Positions 1 to 10,445 of a DNA stretch of 64,000 bases are shown piece by piece. The stretch is from Escherichia coli (GTDB lineage: Bacteria; Pseudomonadota; Gammaproteobacteria; Enterobacterales; Enterobacteriaceae), in assembly GCF_003334255.1 (NCBI RefSeq), contig NZ_QOWU01000013.1, one strand, 5' to 3'. The notes below the pieces were generated by a model that searched no databases, was not told where the DNA came from, and saw only the letters and a program-made list of their open reading frames with translations. The position numbers and the translations under genes are program-made. How positions within the stretch are numbered: position 1 is the stretch's first letter; the number at the start of each line of letters is the position of its first letter.

Positions 1-76
1 ACGCGAGGCATCGTCTTAACGAGGCACCGAGGCGTCGCATTCTTCAGATGGTTCAACCCTTAAGTTAGCGCTTATG
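1..76. mobile_element. IS186 terminal segment (element continues beyond window start)
   Basis: Sequence ends ...GGTTCAACCCTTAAGTTAGCGCTTATG near 76, matching my recollection of the IS186 terminal inverted repeat; in K-12 an IS186 copy abuts the 3' side of dnaJ. Boundary is +/- a few bp; no transposase ORF lies inside the window. Confidence 0.55.
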
Positions 77-167
77 GGAGTGATCCCCGCCACTTTACAG
101 GTGCTCGCATATCTTCAACGCACCCTATTTTTACCCAGGCCTGCCCACGGGCAGGCTTTTGGGGAGG

Positions 168-1298
168 TTAGCGGGTCAGGTCGTCAAAAAACTTCTTCAC
201 ACCATCAAAGAAGCTCTTTGAGCGCGGGCTGTTGTGCTCGCCGGTTGGGCCACCGAAGCTTTCTTGCAGCTCTTGCAGCAGCTGTTTCTGCCTTTCGTTC
301 AGGCCTACCGGTGTTTCGACGACAACGCGGCACAGCAAATCACCCTGTGCGCCACCGCGGACAGACTTGACGCCTTTACCGCGCATACGGAATAGCTTAC
401 CGGTCTGGGTTTCGCCAGGCACTTTCAGTTTGACGCGACCATCAAGGGTCGGTACTTCGATTTCGCCACCCAGCGCCGCCATAGCGAAGTTGATCGGGAC
501 TTCGCAATACAGGTTGTTGCCTTCACGCTCGAAAATCGGGTGCTGTTTAACCTGAACCTGAACGTACAGATCGCCTGCCGGTGCGCCATGCTCGCCCGCT
601 TCACCTTCGCCCGCAAGACGGATGCGGTCTCCAGTGTCCACCCCTGCCGGGATTTTAACGGACAGCGTTTTGCTGCGCTCAACACGACCATGACCATGAC
701 ATTTGTTGCACGGATCTTTGATCAGCGTACCGCGGCCCTGACAGTGTGGACAGGTCTGCTGTACAGCGAAGAATCCCTGGCGCATCTGCACCTGACCAGA
801 ACCATGACAGGTCGGACAAGTCTGCGGCTGTGTACCTGGTTTTGCACCGCTACCGTGGCAAACGTCACACTCTTCCAGAGTCGGAATGCGGATCTCTTTG
901 GTCACGCCACGTACAGCTTCTTCGAGGGTGAGCTCCATGTTATAGCGTAAATCAGCACCGCGCGCCGCACGTTGACGACCACGTCCGCCGCCAAAAATAT
1001 CGCCGAAAACGTCACCAAAAATATCGCTGAAGTCTGCGCCGCCGCCAAAACCGCCGCCGCCCATGCCACCTTGCTCAAACGCAGCATGACCATACTGATC
1101 GTATGCCGCACGTTTTTGCGAGTCGGTCAGAACTTCATAAGCTTCCTTGATCTCTTTAAATTTCGCCTCGGCCTCTTTGTCACCCTGGTTACGGTCCGGG
1201 TGGTATTTCATGGCCAGGCGTTTGTAGGCCTTTCTGATTTCACGCTCTTCCGCTGTTTTGGAAACGCCTAAAATCTCGTAATAATCTTGCTTAGCCAT
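168..1298 (-). CDS. dnaJ: Chaperone DnaJ (Hsp40), 376 aa
   Basis: J-domain with HPD motif (KYHPDRN), Gly/Phe-rich linker, four CxxCxGxG zinc-finger repeats; start taken at [11 protein letters not shown] (ATG, window 1296-1298). ORF-track start at 1328 is an upstream GTG extension. Confidence 0.97.
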   Translation of the reverse strand: MAKQDYYEILGVSKTAEEREIRKAYKRLAMKYHPDRNQGDKEAEAKFKEIKEAYEVLTDSQKRAAYDQYGHAAFEQGGMGGGGFGGGADFSDIFGDVFGDIFGGGRGRQRAARGADLRYNMELTLEEAVRGVTKEIRIPTLEECDVCHGSGAKPGTQPQTCPTCHGSGQVQMRQGFFAVQQTCPHCQGRGTLIKDPCNKCHGHGRVERSKTLSVKIPAGVDTGDRIRLAGEGEAGEHGAPAGDLYVQVQVKQHPIFEREGNNLYCEVPINFAMAALGGEIEVPTLDGRVKLKVPGETQTGKLFRMRGKGVKSVRGGAQGDLLCRVVVETPVGLNERQKQLLQELQESFGGPTGEHNSPRSKSFFDGVKKFFDDLTR

Positions 1299-1386
1299 CT
1301 TTTTTAAATTGCCCCTAGATGAATGCACGGGCGGAGAGGAAATTCCCCTTCGCCCGTGTCAGTATAATTACCCGTTTATAGGGCGA

Positions 1387-3303
1387 TTATTTTTTGTCTT
1401 TGACTTCTTCAAATTCAGCGTCGACAACATCGTCATCTTTCGCGTTGTTTGCAGAAGCATCAGCACCGGCAGTCTGCTGCTGGGCATGTTGCTGCTGGGC
1501 GATTTCCATCAGTTTCTGGGAAACCTGTGCCAGTTCCTGCATTTTCGCTTCGATAGCGGCTTTGTCTTCACCTTTCAGAGCAGTTTCCAGTGCAGTCAGC
1601 GCAGACTCGATAGCAGTTTTGTCGTCAGCCGGCAGTTTGTCGCCTGCTTCTTCAACCTGCTTACGGGTGCTGTGCAGCAGATGGTCGCCCTGGTTGCGAG
1701 TCTGTACCAGCTCTTCAAACTTACGGTCAGCTTCGGCGTTAGCTTCTGCGTCGCGTACCATTTTCTGGATTTCATCTTCGTTCAGACCAGAAGAAGCCTT
1801 GATGGTGATCTTCTGCTCTTTACCGCTGTTTTTATCTTTCGCGGAAACGTGCAGGATACCGTCAGCATCGATATCGAAGGTAACTTCGATCTGCGGCATG
1901 CCGCGCGGTGCCGGGTTGATACCATCTAGGTTGAACTGACCCAGAGATTTGTTATCAGCCGCACGTTTACGTTCACCCTGCAGCACATGGATGGTTACCG
2001 CAGACTGGTTGTCTTCAGCGGTAGAGAACACCTGGCTGTGCTTGGTCGGGATAGTGGTGTTTTTCGCGATCAGCGTCGTCATCACACCGCCCATGGTTTC
2101 GATACCCAGAGACAGCGGGGTAACGTCCAGCAGCAGTACGTCTTTTACGTCACCAGTCAGAACACCACCCTGAACAGCAGCACCGATTGCTACAGCTTCG
2201 TCCGGGTTAACGTCTTTACGCGGCTCTTTACCAAAGAACTCAGCAACTTTCTTCTGAACCATTGGCATACGAGTCTGACCACCAACGAGGATAACGTCGT
2301 CGATATCAGATACGGACAGGCCAGCGTCCTGCAGTGCAACTTTCAGCGGCTCAATGGAACGGTTTACCAGATCTTCAACCAGGCTTTCCAGTTTCGCACG
2401 AGTCACTTTGATGTTCATGTGTTTCGGACCGGTCGCGTCTGCAGTGATGTATGGCAGGTTAACGTCGGTCTGCTGAGCGGAAGACAGTTCGATTTTCGCT
2501 TTTTCTGCCGCTTCTTTCAGGCGCTGCATTGCCAGCGGATCGTTGCGCAGGTCAATGCCCTGATCTTTCTTGAATTCTTCAACCAGATAGTTGATCAGAC
2601 GGCTGTCGAAGTCTTCACCCCCCAGGTGGGTATCACCGTTGGTTGCCAGAACTTCGAAGGTTTTTTCGCCGTCAACTTCGTCGATTTCGATAATAGAAAT
2701 ATCGAAAGTACCACCACCCAGGTCATAAACCGCGATAGTACGGTTGCCAGTGCCTTTGTCCAGACCGTAAGCCAGCGCAGCTGCGGTCGGTTCGTTGATG
2801 ATACGTTTTACTTCCAGACCAGCGATACGGCCTGCGTCTTTGGTTGCCTGACGCTGAGCATCGTTAAAGTATGCCGGTACGGTGATAACAGCTTCAGTTA
2901 CCGGTTCACCCAGGTAATCTTCAGCGGTTTTCTTCATTTTTTTCAGCACTTCAGCAGAAATCTGCGGCGGTGCCATTTTCTGGCCTTTAACTTCGACCCA
3001 TGCGTCGCCGTTATCAGCAGCAATAATTTTGAACGGCATGATGGAAACATCACGCTGTACTTCTTCGTCCTGGAAGCGGCGACCAATCAGGCGTTTAATC
3101 GCAAACAGAGTGTTTTGCGGGTTCGTCACTGCCTGACGTTTAGCCGGCTGACCAACTAGAGTTTCACCATCCTGGGTATAGGCAATGATAGAAGGCGTGG
3201 TGCGATCGCCTTCGGCGTTCTCCAGCACGCGAGGAGTGGTGCCATCCATAATCGCTACACAAGAGTTGGTAGTACCCAGGTCGATACCAATTATTTTACC
3301 CAT
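1387..3303 (-). CDS. dnaK: Chaperone DnaK (Hsp70), 638 aa
   Basis: Full-length [20 protein letters not shown] and IDLGGGTFD Hsp70 signatures; 88-bp spacer to dnaJ, typical dnaKJ operon. Confidence 0.98.
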
Positions 3304-3350
3304 CTAAACGTCTCCACTATATATTCGGTCATCATGTGGTTGTGAGTCTG

Positions 3351-3458
3351 TAATAGGGGCGAAACGTCTGGTTTCAACTGCCCAATTTCATTTTTTTGCA
3401 GACTCACTCACTGCGGTTGACTACTAAATGGGGTCGTAAACCACGTCATCAAGGGGGA
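3351..3458 (-). promoter_or_regulatory. dnaK heat-shock (sigma-32) promoters P1 and P2
   Basis: On the dnaK strand: P2 -35 TTGAAA (3372-3377) and -10 CCCCTATTA (3351-3359); P1 -35 CCCTTGA (about 3449-3456) and -10 CCCCATTTA (3425-3433). Both match the sigma-32 consensus CTTGAA / CCCCATnT. Confidence 0.75.
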
Positions 3459-3679
3459 GATGCAAAAATTTTTTGTGCTTTTGCGCAGAAATTTCGCGAT
3501 ATGGCAGGACAAGACGTAAAATTGACAGCAATTTTATTCATATAAAGAATGAATCGCAGCCAAGGCATTCATCAAAAAATTGTAATAAAAAGAAAAGATT
3601 ACGTGCCTGAATCTTCTCTTTATCAGCAGTAAACTAGTGGGTATTCATCCCCCTACCTCTTCCCACTAAGAGAATCCTT

Positions 3680-4084
3680 ATGAAATCCGTTTTTACGATT
3701 TCCGCCAGCCTGGCGATTAGCCTGATGCTGTGCTGCACGGCGCAGGCAAACGACCATAAACTCCTCGGCGCCATTGCAATGCCGCGTAACGAAACCAACG
3801 ATCTGGCGCTGAAACTTCCTGTTTGTCGCATTGTGAAACGCATACAACTCTCTGCCGACCATGGCGATTTACAGTTAAGCGGTGCATCGGTTTATTTCAA
3901 AGCCGCCCGTAGCGCCAGTCAGAGCCTGAATATTCCTTCAGAAATAAAAGAAGGGCAAACCACTGACTGGATCAACATTAACAGCGATAACGACAATAAA
4001 CGCTGCGTCTCAAAAATCACCTTTTCGGGTCATACGGTGAACTCATCGGATATGGCCACGCTGAAAATTATCGGCGACGACTAA
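3680..4084 (+). CDS. yaaI: Small secreted protein YaaI (DUF2541), 134 aa
   Basis: ORF with N-terminal signal peptide ([23 protein letters not shown]); position between dnaK and yaaW as in K-12. Confidence 0.85.
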   Translation: MKSVFTISASLAISLMLCCTAQANDHKLLGAIAMPRNETNDLALKLPVCRIVKRIQLSADHGDLQLSGASVYFKAARSASQSLNIPSEIKEGQTTDWININSDNDNKRCVSKITFSGHTVNSSDMATLKIIGDD

Positions 4085-4109
4085 CGCCAGAATATAGAAG
4101 CCACAAAAA

Positions 4110-4823
4110 ATGAATGTTAATTACCTGAATGATTCAGATCTGGATTTTCTTCAGCATTGTAGTGAGGAACAGTTGGCAAATTTCGCCCGATTGCTCACCC
4201 ATAATGAAAAAGGCAAAACTCGCCTCTCCAGCGTACTGATGCGCAACGAACTGTTTAAATCGATGGAAGGGCATCCCGAGCAACATCGCCGCAACTGGCA
4301 GCTGATTGCCGGAGAATTACAGCATTTTGGTGGCGATAGTATCGCCAACAAACTGCGCGGACACGGTAAATTGTATCGGGCCATTTTGCTCGATGTTTCA
4401 AAGCGATTGAAGCTGAAAGCCGACAAAGAGATGTCTACGTTTGAAATTGAGCAACAGTTACTGGAACAATTTCTGCGTAATACCTGGAAGAAAATGGACG
4501 AGGAACATAAGCAGGAGTTTCTGCACGCGGTCGATGCCAGGGTGAATGAGCTGGAAGAGCTGCTGCCGCTGCTGATGAAAGACAAATTATTGGCAAAAGG
4601 TGTGTCGCATTTGCTTTCCAGCCAACTGACCCGCATTTTACGCACCCACGCAGCAATGAGCGTACTTGGGCATGGTTTGCTGCGCGGCGCGGGGCTGGGA
4701 GGCCCTGTAGGTGCGGCACTAAATGGGGTTAAAGCGGTCAGCGGCAGCGCCTATCGCGTGACGATTCCAGCCGTACTGCAAATCGCCTGCCTGCGCCGGA
4801 TGGTTAGCGCCACTCAGGTCTGA
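4110..4823 (+). CDS. yaaW: UPF0174-family protein YaaW, 237 aa
   Basis: Full-length ORF at the expected locus; carries a long antisense ORF (see findings). Confidence 0.85.
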   Translation: MNVNYLNDSDLDFLQHCSEEQLANFARLLTHNEKGKTRLSSVLMRNELFKSMEGHPEQHRRNWQLIAGELQHFGGDSIANKLRGHGKLYRAILLDVSKRLKLKADKEMSTFEIEQQLLEQFLRNTWKKMDEEHKQEFLHAVDARVNELEELLPLLMKDKLLAKGVSHLLSSQLTRILRTHAAMSVLGHGLLRGAGLGGPVGAALNGVKAVSGSAYRVTIPAVLQIACLRRMVSATQV

Positions 4824-4971
4824 TACCGGAAACCGGGGAAAATTTTCATTTTCCCCTCAAAAGATCGTAGACACTGCCCCACTGGCTGATTATTATGCCG
4901 CGCCCTGAAAACACTACAGTTATTCAGGGAAATTATTTCACCATTCATTCGATGATGATTTTTGAGGAATT

Positions 4972-5538
4972 ATGGGCAACACTAAGTTGGCTAATCCGGC
5001 ACCGCTGGGCCTGATGGGCTTCGGCATGACCACCATTCTGCTTAACCTGCACAACGTGGGTTATTTCGCTCTGGACGGTATTATTCTTGCCATGGGCATT
5101 TTCTACGGCGGCATCGCGCAAATTTTTGCTGGTCTGCTGGAGTACAAAAAAGGCAACACTTTCGGTTTAACCGCATTCACCTCTTACGGTTCTTTCTGGC
5201 TGACGCTGGTTGCGATTCTGCTGATGCCGAAACTGGGTCTGACCGATGCGCCAAATGCACAGTTCCTTGGTGTCTACCTGGGTCTGTGGGGCGTATTTAC
5301 GCTGTTTATGTTCTTCGGCACGCTGAAAGGCGCACGCGTTCTGCAATTCGTTTTCTTTAGCCTGACCGTGCTGTTTGCCCTGCTGGCGATCGGTAACATT
5401 GCCGGTAACGCCGCAATCATCCACTTTGCCGGCTGGATTGGGCTGATCTGCGGTGCCAGCGCAATCTATCTGGCGATGGGTGAAGTACTGAACGAGCAGT
5501 TTGGTCGCACCGTTCTGCCGATTGGTGAATCCCACTAA
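4972..5538 (+). CDS. satP: Succinate-acetate/proton symporter SatP (YaaH), 188 aa
   Basis: Six-TM hydrophobic protein with NPAPLGL motif typical of the GPR1/FUN34/YaaH family. Confidence 0.9.
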   Translation: MGNTKLANPAPLGLMGFGMTTILLNLHNVGYFALDGIILAMGIFYGGIAQIFAGLLEYKKGNTFGLTAFTSYGSFWLTLVAILLMPKLGLTDAPNAQFLGVYLGLWGVFTLFMFFGTLKGARVLQFVFFSLTVLFALLAIGNIAGNAAIIHFAGWIGLICGASAIYLAMGEVLNEQFGRTVLPIGESH

Positions 5539-5550
5539 TTGTTTTGAGAT

Positions 5551-5575
5551 CCCCCCGCTCGGGGGGATTTTTTTA
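5551..5575 (+). terminator. Rho-independent terminator after satP
   Basis: CCCCCC-GCTC-GGGGGG hairpin (5551-5566) followed by a T-run (5568-5574). Confidence 0.65.
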
Positions 5576-6160
5576 TTCGCTAACGTCGCGTCTTGCACTC
5601 TTCGGTCTGAATGCTGCAACCACTTCCGGTGCCGTTTCAACGTATGGCCCTTCCAGCAACTGAATGCAGTACGGTACGCTGGCAAAAATACCGTGTACCA
5701 CAACGTTACCCTCAGCGTCCTTCACACCTTCCAGCGTCTCTTTAATAGACTTCGGCTGACCGGGTAAGTTAAGGATCAGCGCCTGTTTGCGAATCACGCC
5801 CACCTGACGCGAAAGGATCGCAGTTGGTACAAAATGCAGGCTGATCTGGCGCATCTGTTCACCAAAGCCAGGCATCTCGCGGTCCGCTACTGCCAGCGTC
5901 GCATCGGGCGTTACGTCACGACGCGCCGGGCCAGTTCCGCCCGTGGTGAGCACCAGATGGCAACTCATTTCATCCACCAGCTCACACAACGTTTGCTCGA
6001 TGATCGCCTGCTCATCGGGGATTAAGCGGGTTTCCAGTTCAAACGGCGTGGTTAGCGCCGATGTCAGCCATTCTTCCAGCGCAGGGATGCCTTTATCCTG
6101 ATAAACGCCGCTGGATGCGCGATCAGAGATGGAAACTAAGCCAATACGTAAAGTATTCAT
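5573..6160 (-). CDS. mog: Molybdopterin adenylyltransferase Mog, 195 aa
   Basis: MogA/MoaB-family sequence (MNTLRIGLVSISDRASSGVYQDKG...GGTG); start taken at the second Met of the ORF-track product. Confidence 0.93.
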   Translation of the reverse strand: MNTLRIGLVSISDRASSGVYQDKGIPALEEWLTSALTTPFELETRLIPDEQAIIEQTLCELVDEMSCHLVLTTGGTGPARRDVTPDATLAVADREMPGFGEQMRQISLHFVPTAILSRQVGVIRKQALILNLPGQPKSIKETLEGVKDAEGNVVVHGIFASVPYCIQLLEGPYVETAPEVVAAFRPKSARRDVSE

Positions 6161-6274
6161 CAAGATTTTTCCGTTTAAACAGTCTCGTTAAACAGAATGA
6201 TACACTGCGAAGGGAGTGACAGACAGGCTTCAGAAGAGGTAGCGTGACCGACTTCCCGGTCACGCTAAGAATGA

Positions 6275-7228
6275 TTACAGCAGATCGCCGATCATTTTTT
6301 CCAGTTTTTCCTGGTCAATAGCAAACTTACGGATACCTTCCGCCAGTTTATCTACTGCCATTGGATCCTGGTTGTGCTGCCACAGGAACTCGGACTCAGT
6401 GATACGCGCCGGACGCGCTTTCACTTCGCCGGTGTAAGACAGTTTACGTTCGATAGCCCCTTCGCTCTCCGCCAGCTCTTTCAGCAGTGCCGGTGCGATG
6501 GTCAGACGGTCGCAGCCTGCCAGTTCCAGAATTTCGCCGATGTTACGGAAGCTTGCGCCCATAACCACGGTTTCATAACCGTGCTCTTTGTAGTACTGGT
6601 AGATTTCAGATACAGAAACCACGCCCGGATCTTCTGCCGGAGCGTACTCTTTCTTATCGGTATTCGCTTTGTACCAGTCAAGAATACGGCCAACAAACGG
6701 CGAGATCAGGAACACGCCCGCTTCCGCACAAGCACGAGCCTGAGCGAAGGAGAACAGCAGGGTCAGGTTACAGTTGATGCCTTCTTTTTCCAGCTGTTCT
6801 GCAGCACGGATACCCTGCCAGGTAGAAGCCAGTTTGATCAGAATACGATCGTTGCTAATACCAGCATCGTTGTAGAGTTTGATCAGGCGTTTTGCTTTCG
6901 CAATTGACGCTTCGGTGTCATAGGAAAGACGCGCATCAACTTCAGTTGAGATACGGCCCGGAACCAGTTTCAGGATTTCCAGACCAATATTTACTGCCAG
7001 TTTGTCGGTCGCGTCCACGATCTGCTGCGCGCGATCGTTGCTCTGCTGTTTCGCCCAGGCGACAGCATCATCAATCAACTTACGGTATTCCGGAATCTGC
7101 GCTGCGTTAAGAATGAGAGAAGGGTTGGTTGTGGCATCCTGCGGTTGATACAGCTTCATTGCCGCGATGTCCCCAGTGTCGGCCACTACGGTGGTGTACT
7201 GACGAAGGGAGGTCAATTTGTCCGTCAT
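6275..7228 (-). CDS. talB: Transaldolase B, 317 aa
   Basis: [26 protein letters not shown]-terminus; ATG at 7226-7228. ORF-track start at 7291 is an upstream extension. Confidence 0.95.
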
Positions 7229-7506
7229 GATAGTATTTCTCTTTAAACAGCTTGTTAGGGGGATGTAACCGGTCTGCCCTGATGATATCACGACGCAACG
7301 TCAGCGCAACCGCCGACAAGACGGTTATCGCCAGGCGAGACTGTTTCGGATTTCTGACACTGCGTTGATATCGCCCGCCATTTTTATACAAAACCTCATG
7401 TATGCTACGCAGAAGTTATCAAGTACCTCGTAGCGTATATACTTCTTAAACAATTGGTAACGTTTACACAGGAAAGTCATCGCGACCGGCAATAAGAGGG
7501 ATATGC

Positions 7507-8937
7507 ATGCCAGATTTTTTCTCCTTCATTAACAGCGTCCTTTGGGGATCGGTAATGATTTACCTGCTCTTCGGCGCAGGTTGTTGGTTCACTTTTCGCA
7601 CCGGATTTGTGCAGTTTCGCTACATCCGCCAGTTTGGCAAAAGTCTTAAAAATAGCATTCATCCACAGCCAGGCGGTTTAACCTCATTTCAGTCATTGTG
7701 TACCAGTCTTGCGGCGCGCGTGGGTAGCGGCAACCTGGCCGGCGTTGCGCTGACTATTACCGCCGGTGGACCTGGAGCCGTCTTTTGGATGTGGGTTGCC
7801 GCGTTTATCGGCATGGCGACCTCGTTTGCCGAATGTTCTCTGGCACAACTTTATAAAGAACGTGACGTCAATGGGCAGTTTCGTGGCGGACCGGCATGGT
7901 ATATGGCGCGCGGGCTGGGGATGCGCTGGATGGGCGTTCTGTTCGCCGTCTTTTTGCTCATCGCCTATGGCATAATTTTCAGCGGAGTTCAAGCGAACGC
8001 CGTTGCCCGCGCCCTGAGTTTTTCTTTTGATTTTCCCCCGCTGGTGACAGGCATTATTCTCGCTGTCTTTACTCTGCTGGCAATCACTCGCGGTCTTCAT
8101 GGCGTCGCCCGGCTCATGCAGGGGTTTGTCCCGTTGATGGCGATAATCTGGGTACTGACCAGCCTGGTAATTTGCGTAATGAATATCGGGCAACTTCCCC
8201 ACGTCATTTGGTCTATTTTTGAGAGTGCTTTTGGCTGGCAGGAAGCGGCAGGCGGCGCGGCGGGATATACCTTAAGCCAGGCGATTACTAACGGTTTTCA
8301 GCGCAGTATGTTTTCCAATGAGGCGGGAATGGGTTCGACGCCAAACGCGGCAGCGGCAGCGGCGTCCTGGCCTCCGCATCCGGCAGCGCAAGGGATTGTC
8401 CAGATGATTGGCATTTTTATCGACACCCTGGTCATCTGTACGGCAAGCGCCATGCTGATATTACTGGCGGGTAACGGCACAACCTACATGCCGCTGGAAG
8501 GTATTCAGCTTATCCAGAAGGCGATGCGGGTGCTAATGGGTTCCTGGGGTGCTGAGTTTGTTACCCTTGTGGTTATTCTGTTTGCCTTCAGCTCCATCGT
8601 TGCCAACTACATTTATGCCGAAAACAATCTCTTCTTTTTACGCCTGAACAACCCTAAAGCGATCTGGTGTTTGCGGATCTGCACCTTCGCAACGGTCATC
8701 GGCGGCACCTTGCTAAGCCTTCCGCTGATGTGGCAACTGGCAGATATCATAATGGCCTGCATGGCTATTACCAATTTGACCGCCATTTTACTGCTCTCGC
8801 CTGTGGTTCATACCATTGCCAGTGATTATCTACGCCAGCGTAAACTCGGCGTGCGCCCGGTGTTTGATCCATTGCGTTATCCGGATATCGGTCGCCAGCT
8901 TTCTCCGGACGCGTGGGATGATGTTTCGCAGGAGTAA
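7507..8937 (+). CDS. yaaJ: Alanine/glycine:cation symporter (AGCS family) YaaJ, 476 aa
   Basis: Polytopic membrane protein of expected length, between talB and yaaA. Confidence 0.9.
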   Translation: MPDFFSFINSVLWGSVMIYLLFGAGCWFTFRTGFVQFRYIRQFGKSLKNSIHPQPGGLTSFQSLCTSLAARVGSGNLAGVALTITAGGPGAVFWMWVAAFIGMATSFAECSLAQLYKERDVNGQFRGGPAWYMARGLGMRWMGVLFAVFLLIAYGIIFSGVQANAVARALSFSFDFPPLVTGIILAVFTLLAITRGLHGVARLMQGFVPLMAIIWVLTSLVICVMNIGQLPHVIWSIFESAFGWQEAAGGAAGYTLSQAITNGFQRSMFSNEAGMGSTPNAAAAAASWPPHPAAQGIVQMIGIFIDTLVICTASAMLILLAGNGTTYMPLEGIQLIQKAMRVLMGSWGAEFVTLVVILFAFSSIVANYIYAENNLFFLRLNNPKAIWCLRICTFATVIGGTLLSLPLMWQLADIIMACMAITNLTAILLLSPVVHTIASDYLRQRKLGVRPVFDPLRYPDIGRQLSPDAWDDVSQE

Positions 8938-9006
8938 TCACAACTATCGATCAACTCATTCTCATTTTTTGCTAAAGTCGGCATAAATTTCCTGCAAGGA
9001 CTGGAT

Positions 9007-9783
9007 ATGCTGATTCTTATTTCACCTGCGAAAACGCTTGATTACCAAAGCCCGTTGACCACCACGCGCTATACGCTGCCGGAGCTGTTAGACAATTCCC
9101 AGCAGTTGATCCATGAGGCGCGGAAACTGACGCCTCCGCAGATTAGCACGCTGATGCGCATCAGCGACAAACTGGCGGGTATCAACGCCGCTCGCTTTCA
9201 TGACTGGCAGCCAGATTTCACGCCGGCGAATGCCCGCCAGGCGATTCTGGCGTTTAAAGGTGATGTCTACACCGGCTTGCAGGCCGAAACCTTCAGCGAA
9301 GACGATTTCGATTTTGCCCAACAGCATTTGCGAATGCTTTCCGGCTTGTATGGCGTACTCCGCCCGCTCGATTTAATGCAGCCTTATCGTCTGGAAATGG
9401 GGATCCGTCTTGAGAATGCCCGAGGGAAAGATCTGTATCAATTCTGGGGAGATATCATCACCAACAAGCTGAACGAGGCGCTCGCAGCACAAGGCGATAA
9501 TGTGGTGATTAATCTGGCGTCAGATGAGTATTTTAAATCGGTGAAGCCGAAGAAATTGAATGCCGAGATTATCAAGCCGGTGTTCCTCGATGAGAAGAAC
9601 GGCAAATTTAAGATCATCAGCTTCTACGCTAAGAAAGCACGCGGTCTGATGAGTCGTTTCATTATTGAAAATCGGCTGACCAAACCAGAGCAACTGACTG
9701 GTTTTAATAGCGAAGGTTACTTCTTTGATGAAGATTCCTCCAGCAATGGCGAACTGGTGTTTAAACGCTACGAGCAGCGTTAA
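9007..9783 (+). CDS. yaaA: Peroxide-stress protein YaaA (UPF0246), 258 aa
   Basis: Full-length ORF starting [16 protein letters not shown]. Confidence 0.9.
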
Positions 9784-9793
9784 GTTTGCAGTC

Positions 9794-9905
9794 AATGCCG
9801 GATGCGGCGTGAACGCCTTATCCTGCCTACAAAAGCATGCAGATTCAATATATTGCAGAATTAACGTAGGCCTGATAAGACGCGCCAGCGTCGCATCAGG
9901 CGCTG
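9794..9905. repeat. REP (repetitive extragenic palindrome) pair
   Basis: TGCCGGATGCGGCGTGAACGCCTTATCC...CTAC and GTAGGCCTGATAAGACGCGCCAGCGTCGCATCAGGCG motifs in opposite orientation between convergent yaaA and yaaX. Confidence 0.75.
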
Positions 9906-9935
9906 AATGCCGGATTGTTACCCGGCATTTGTCAT

Positions 9936-10232
9936 TTAGCGGTGATGTTTGCCTGGACCATGACCGCCGTGATGATCATGAGGAGCTTTCTTATGGTGGC
10001 GCGGCGGTGGCGGCGGTCCGTGTAGGTGCCAGCGATTGCCTCGCCATTCATAATGTTGTTTCCACCAGCCGTGGTCGCGCCAGTGACCTCCATCCCAGTA
10101 ATAGCCACGATTATCACGATCGCCTATCTGTAATTTTACTGACGGGACTAACGTAATTTCCGCAGCCTGTGCTGCCATGGGAGCGACCAGAACCAGGGAA
10201 AGTGCGAGTACGATAGATTGCATCTTTTTCAC
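9936..10232 (-). CDS. yaaX: Small secreted His/Trp/Gly-rich protein YaaX (DUF2502), 98 aa
   Basis: Signal peptide ([23 protein letters not shown]) followed by an H/W/R/G/P-rich low-complexity domain (...[30 protein letters not shown]). Confidence 0.8.
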   Translation of the reverse strand: MKKMQSIVLALSLVLVAPMAAQAAEITLVPSVKLQIGDRDNRGYYWDGGHWRDHGWWKQHYEWRGNRWHLHGPPPPPRHHKKAPHDHHGGHGPGKHHR

Positions 10233-10389
10233 AGGTTACTCCTTTTATCATTGCCCGTTATGGGTCGATATCCGGAGATTACTCGATGAGAACGGCGGTT
10301 GTTATTCTCCGCAATCCTAATCTCTAAGTTACCGCATTTATTGAGAATTTCTCCTTTTTCCCTGTCATTTTTCTCCATAATTTCTTCAT

Positions 10390-10423
10390 AAAAAAGCCGG
10401 GCTGCATAAAAGCAAACCCGGCC
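10390..10423 (-). terminator. thr operon terminator downstream of thrC
   Basis: On the thrC strand: GCCGGGTTTGC...GCAGCCCGGC hairpin followed by a T-run (A-run 10391-10395 on the + strand). Confidence 0.65.
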
Positions 10424-10445
10424 TGATTGAGATAATGAATAGATT

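Noticed and set aside
1987-3159. 390-aa ORF on the plus strand
   Set aside because: Lies entirely antisense to dnaK, whose Hsp70 identity is unambiguous; low-complexity product; a shadow ORF typical of GC-rich coding DNA.
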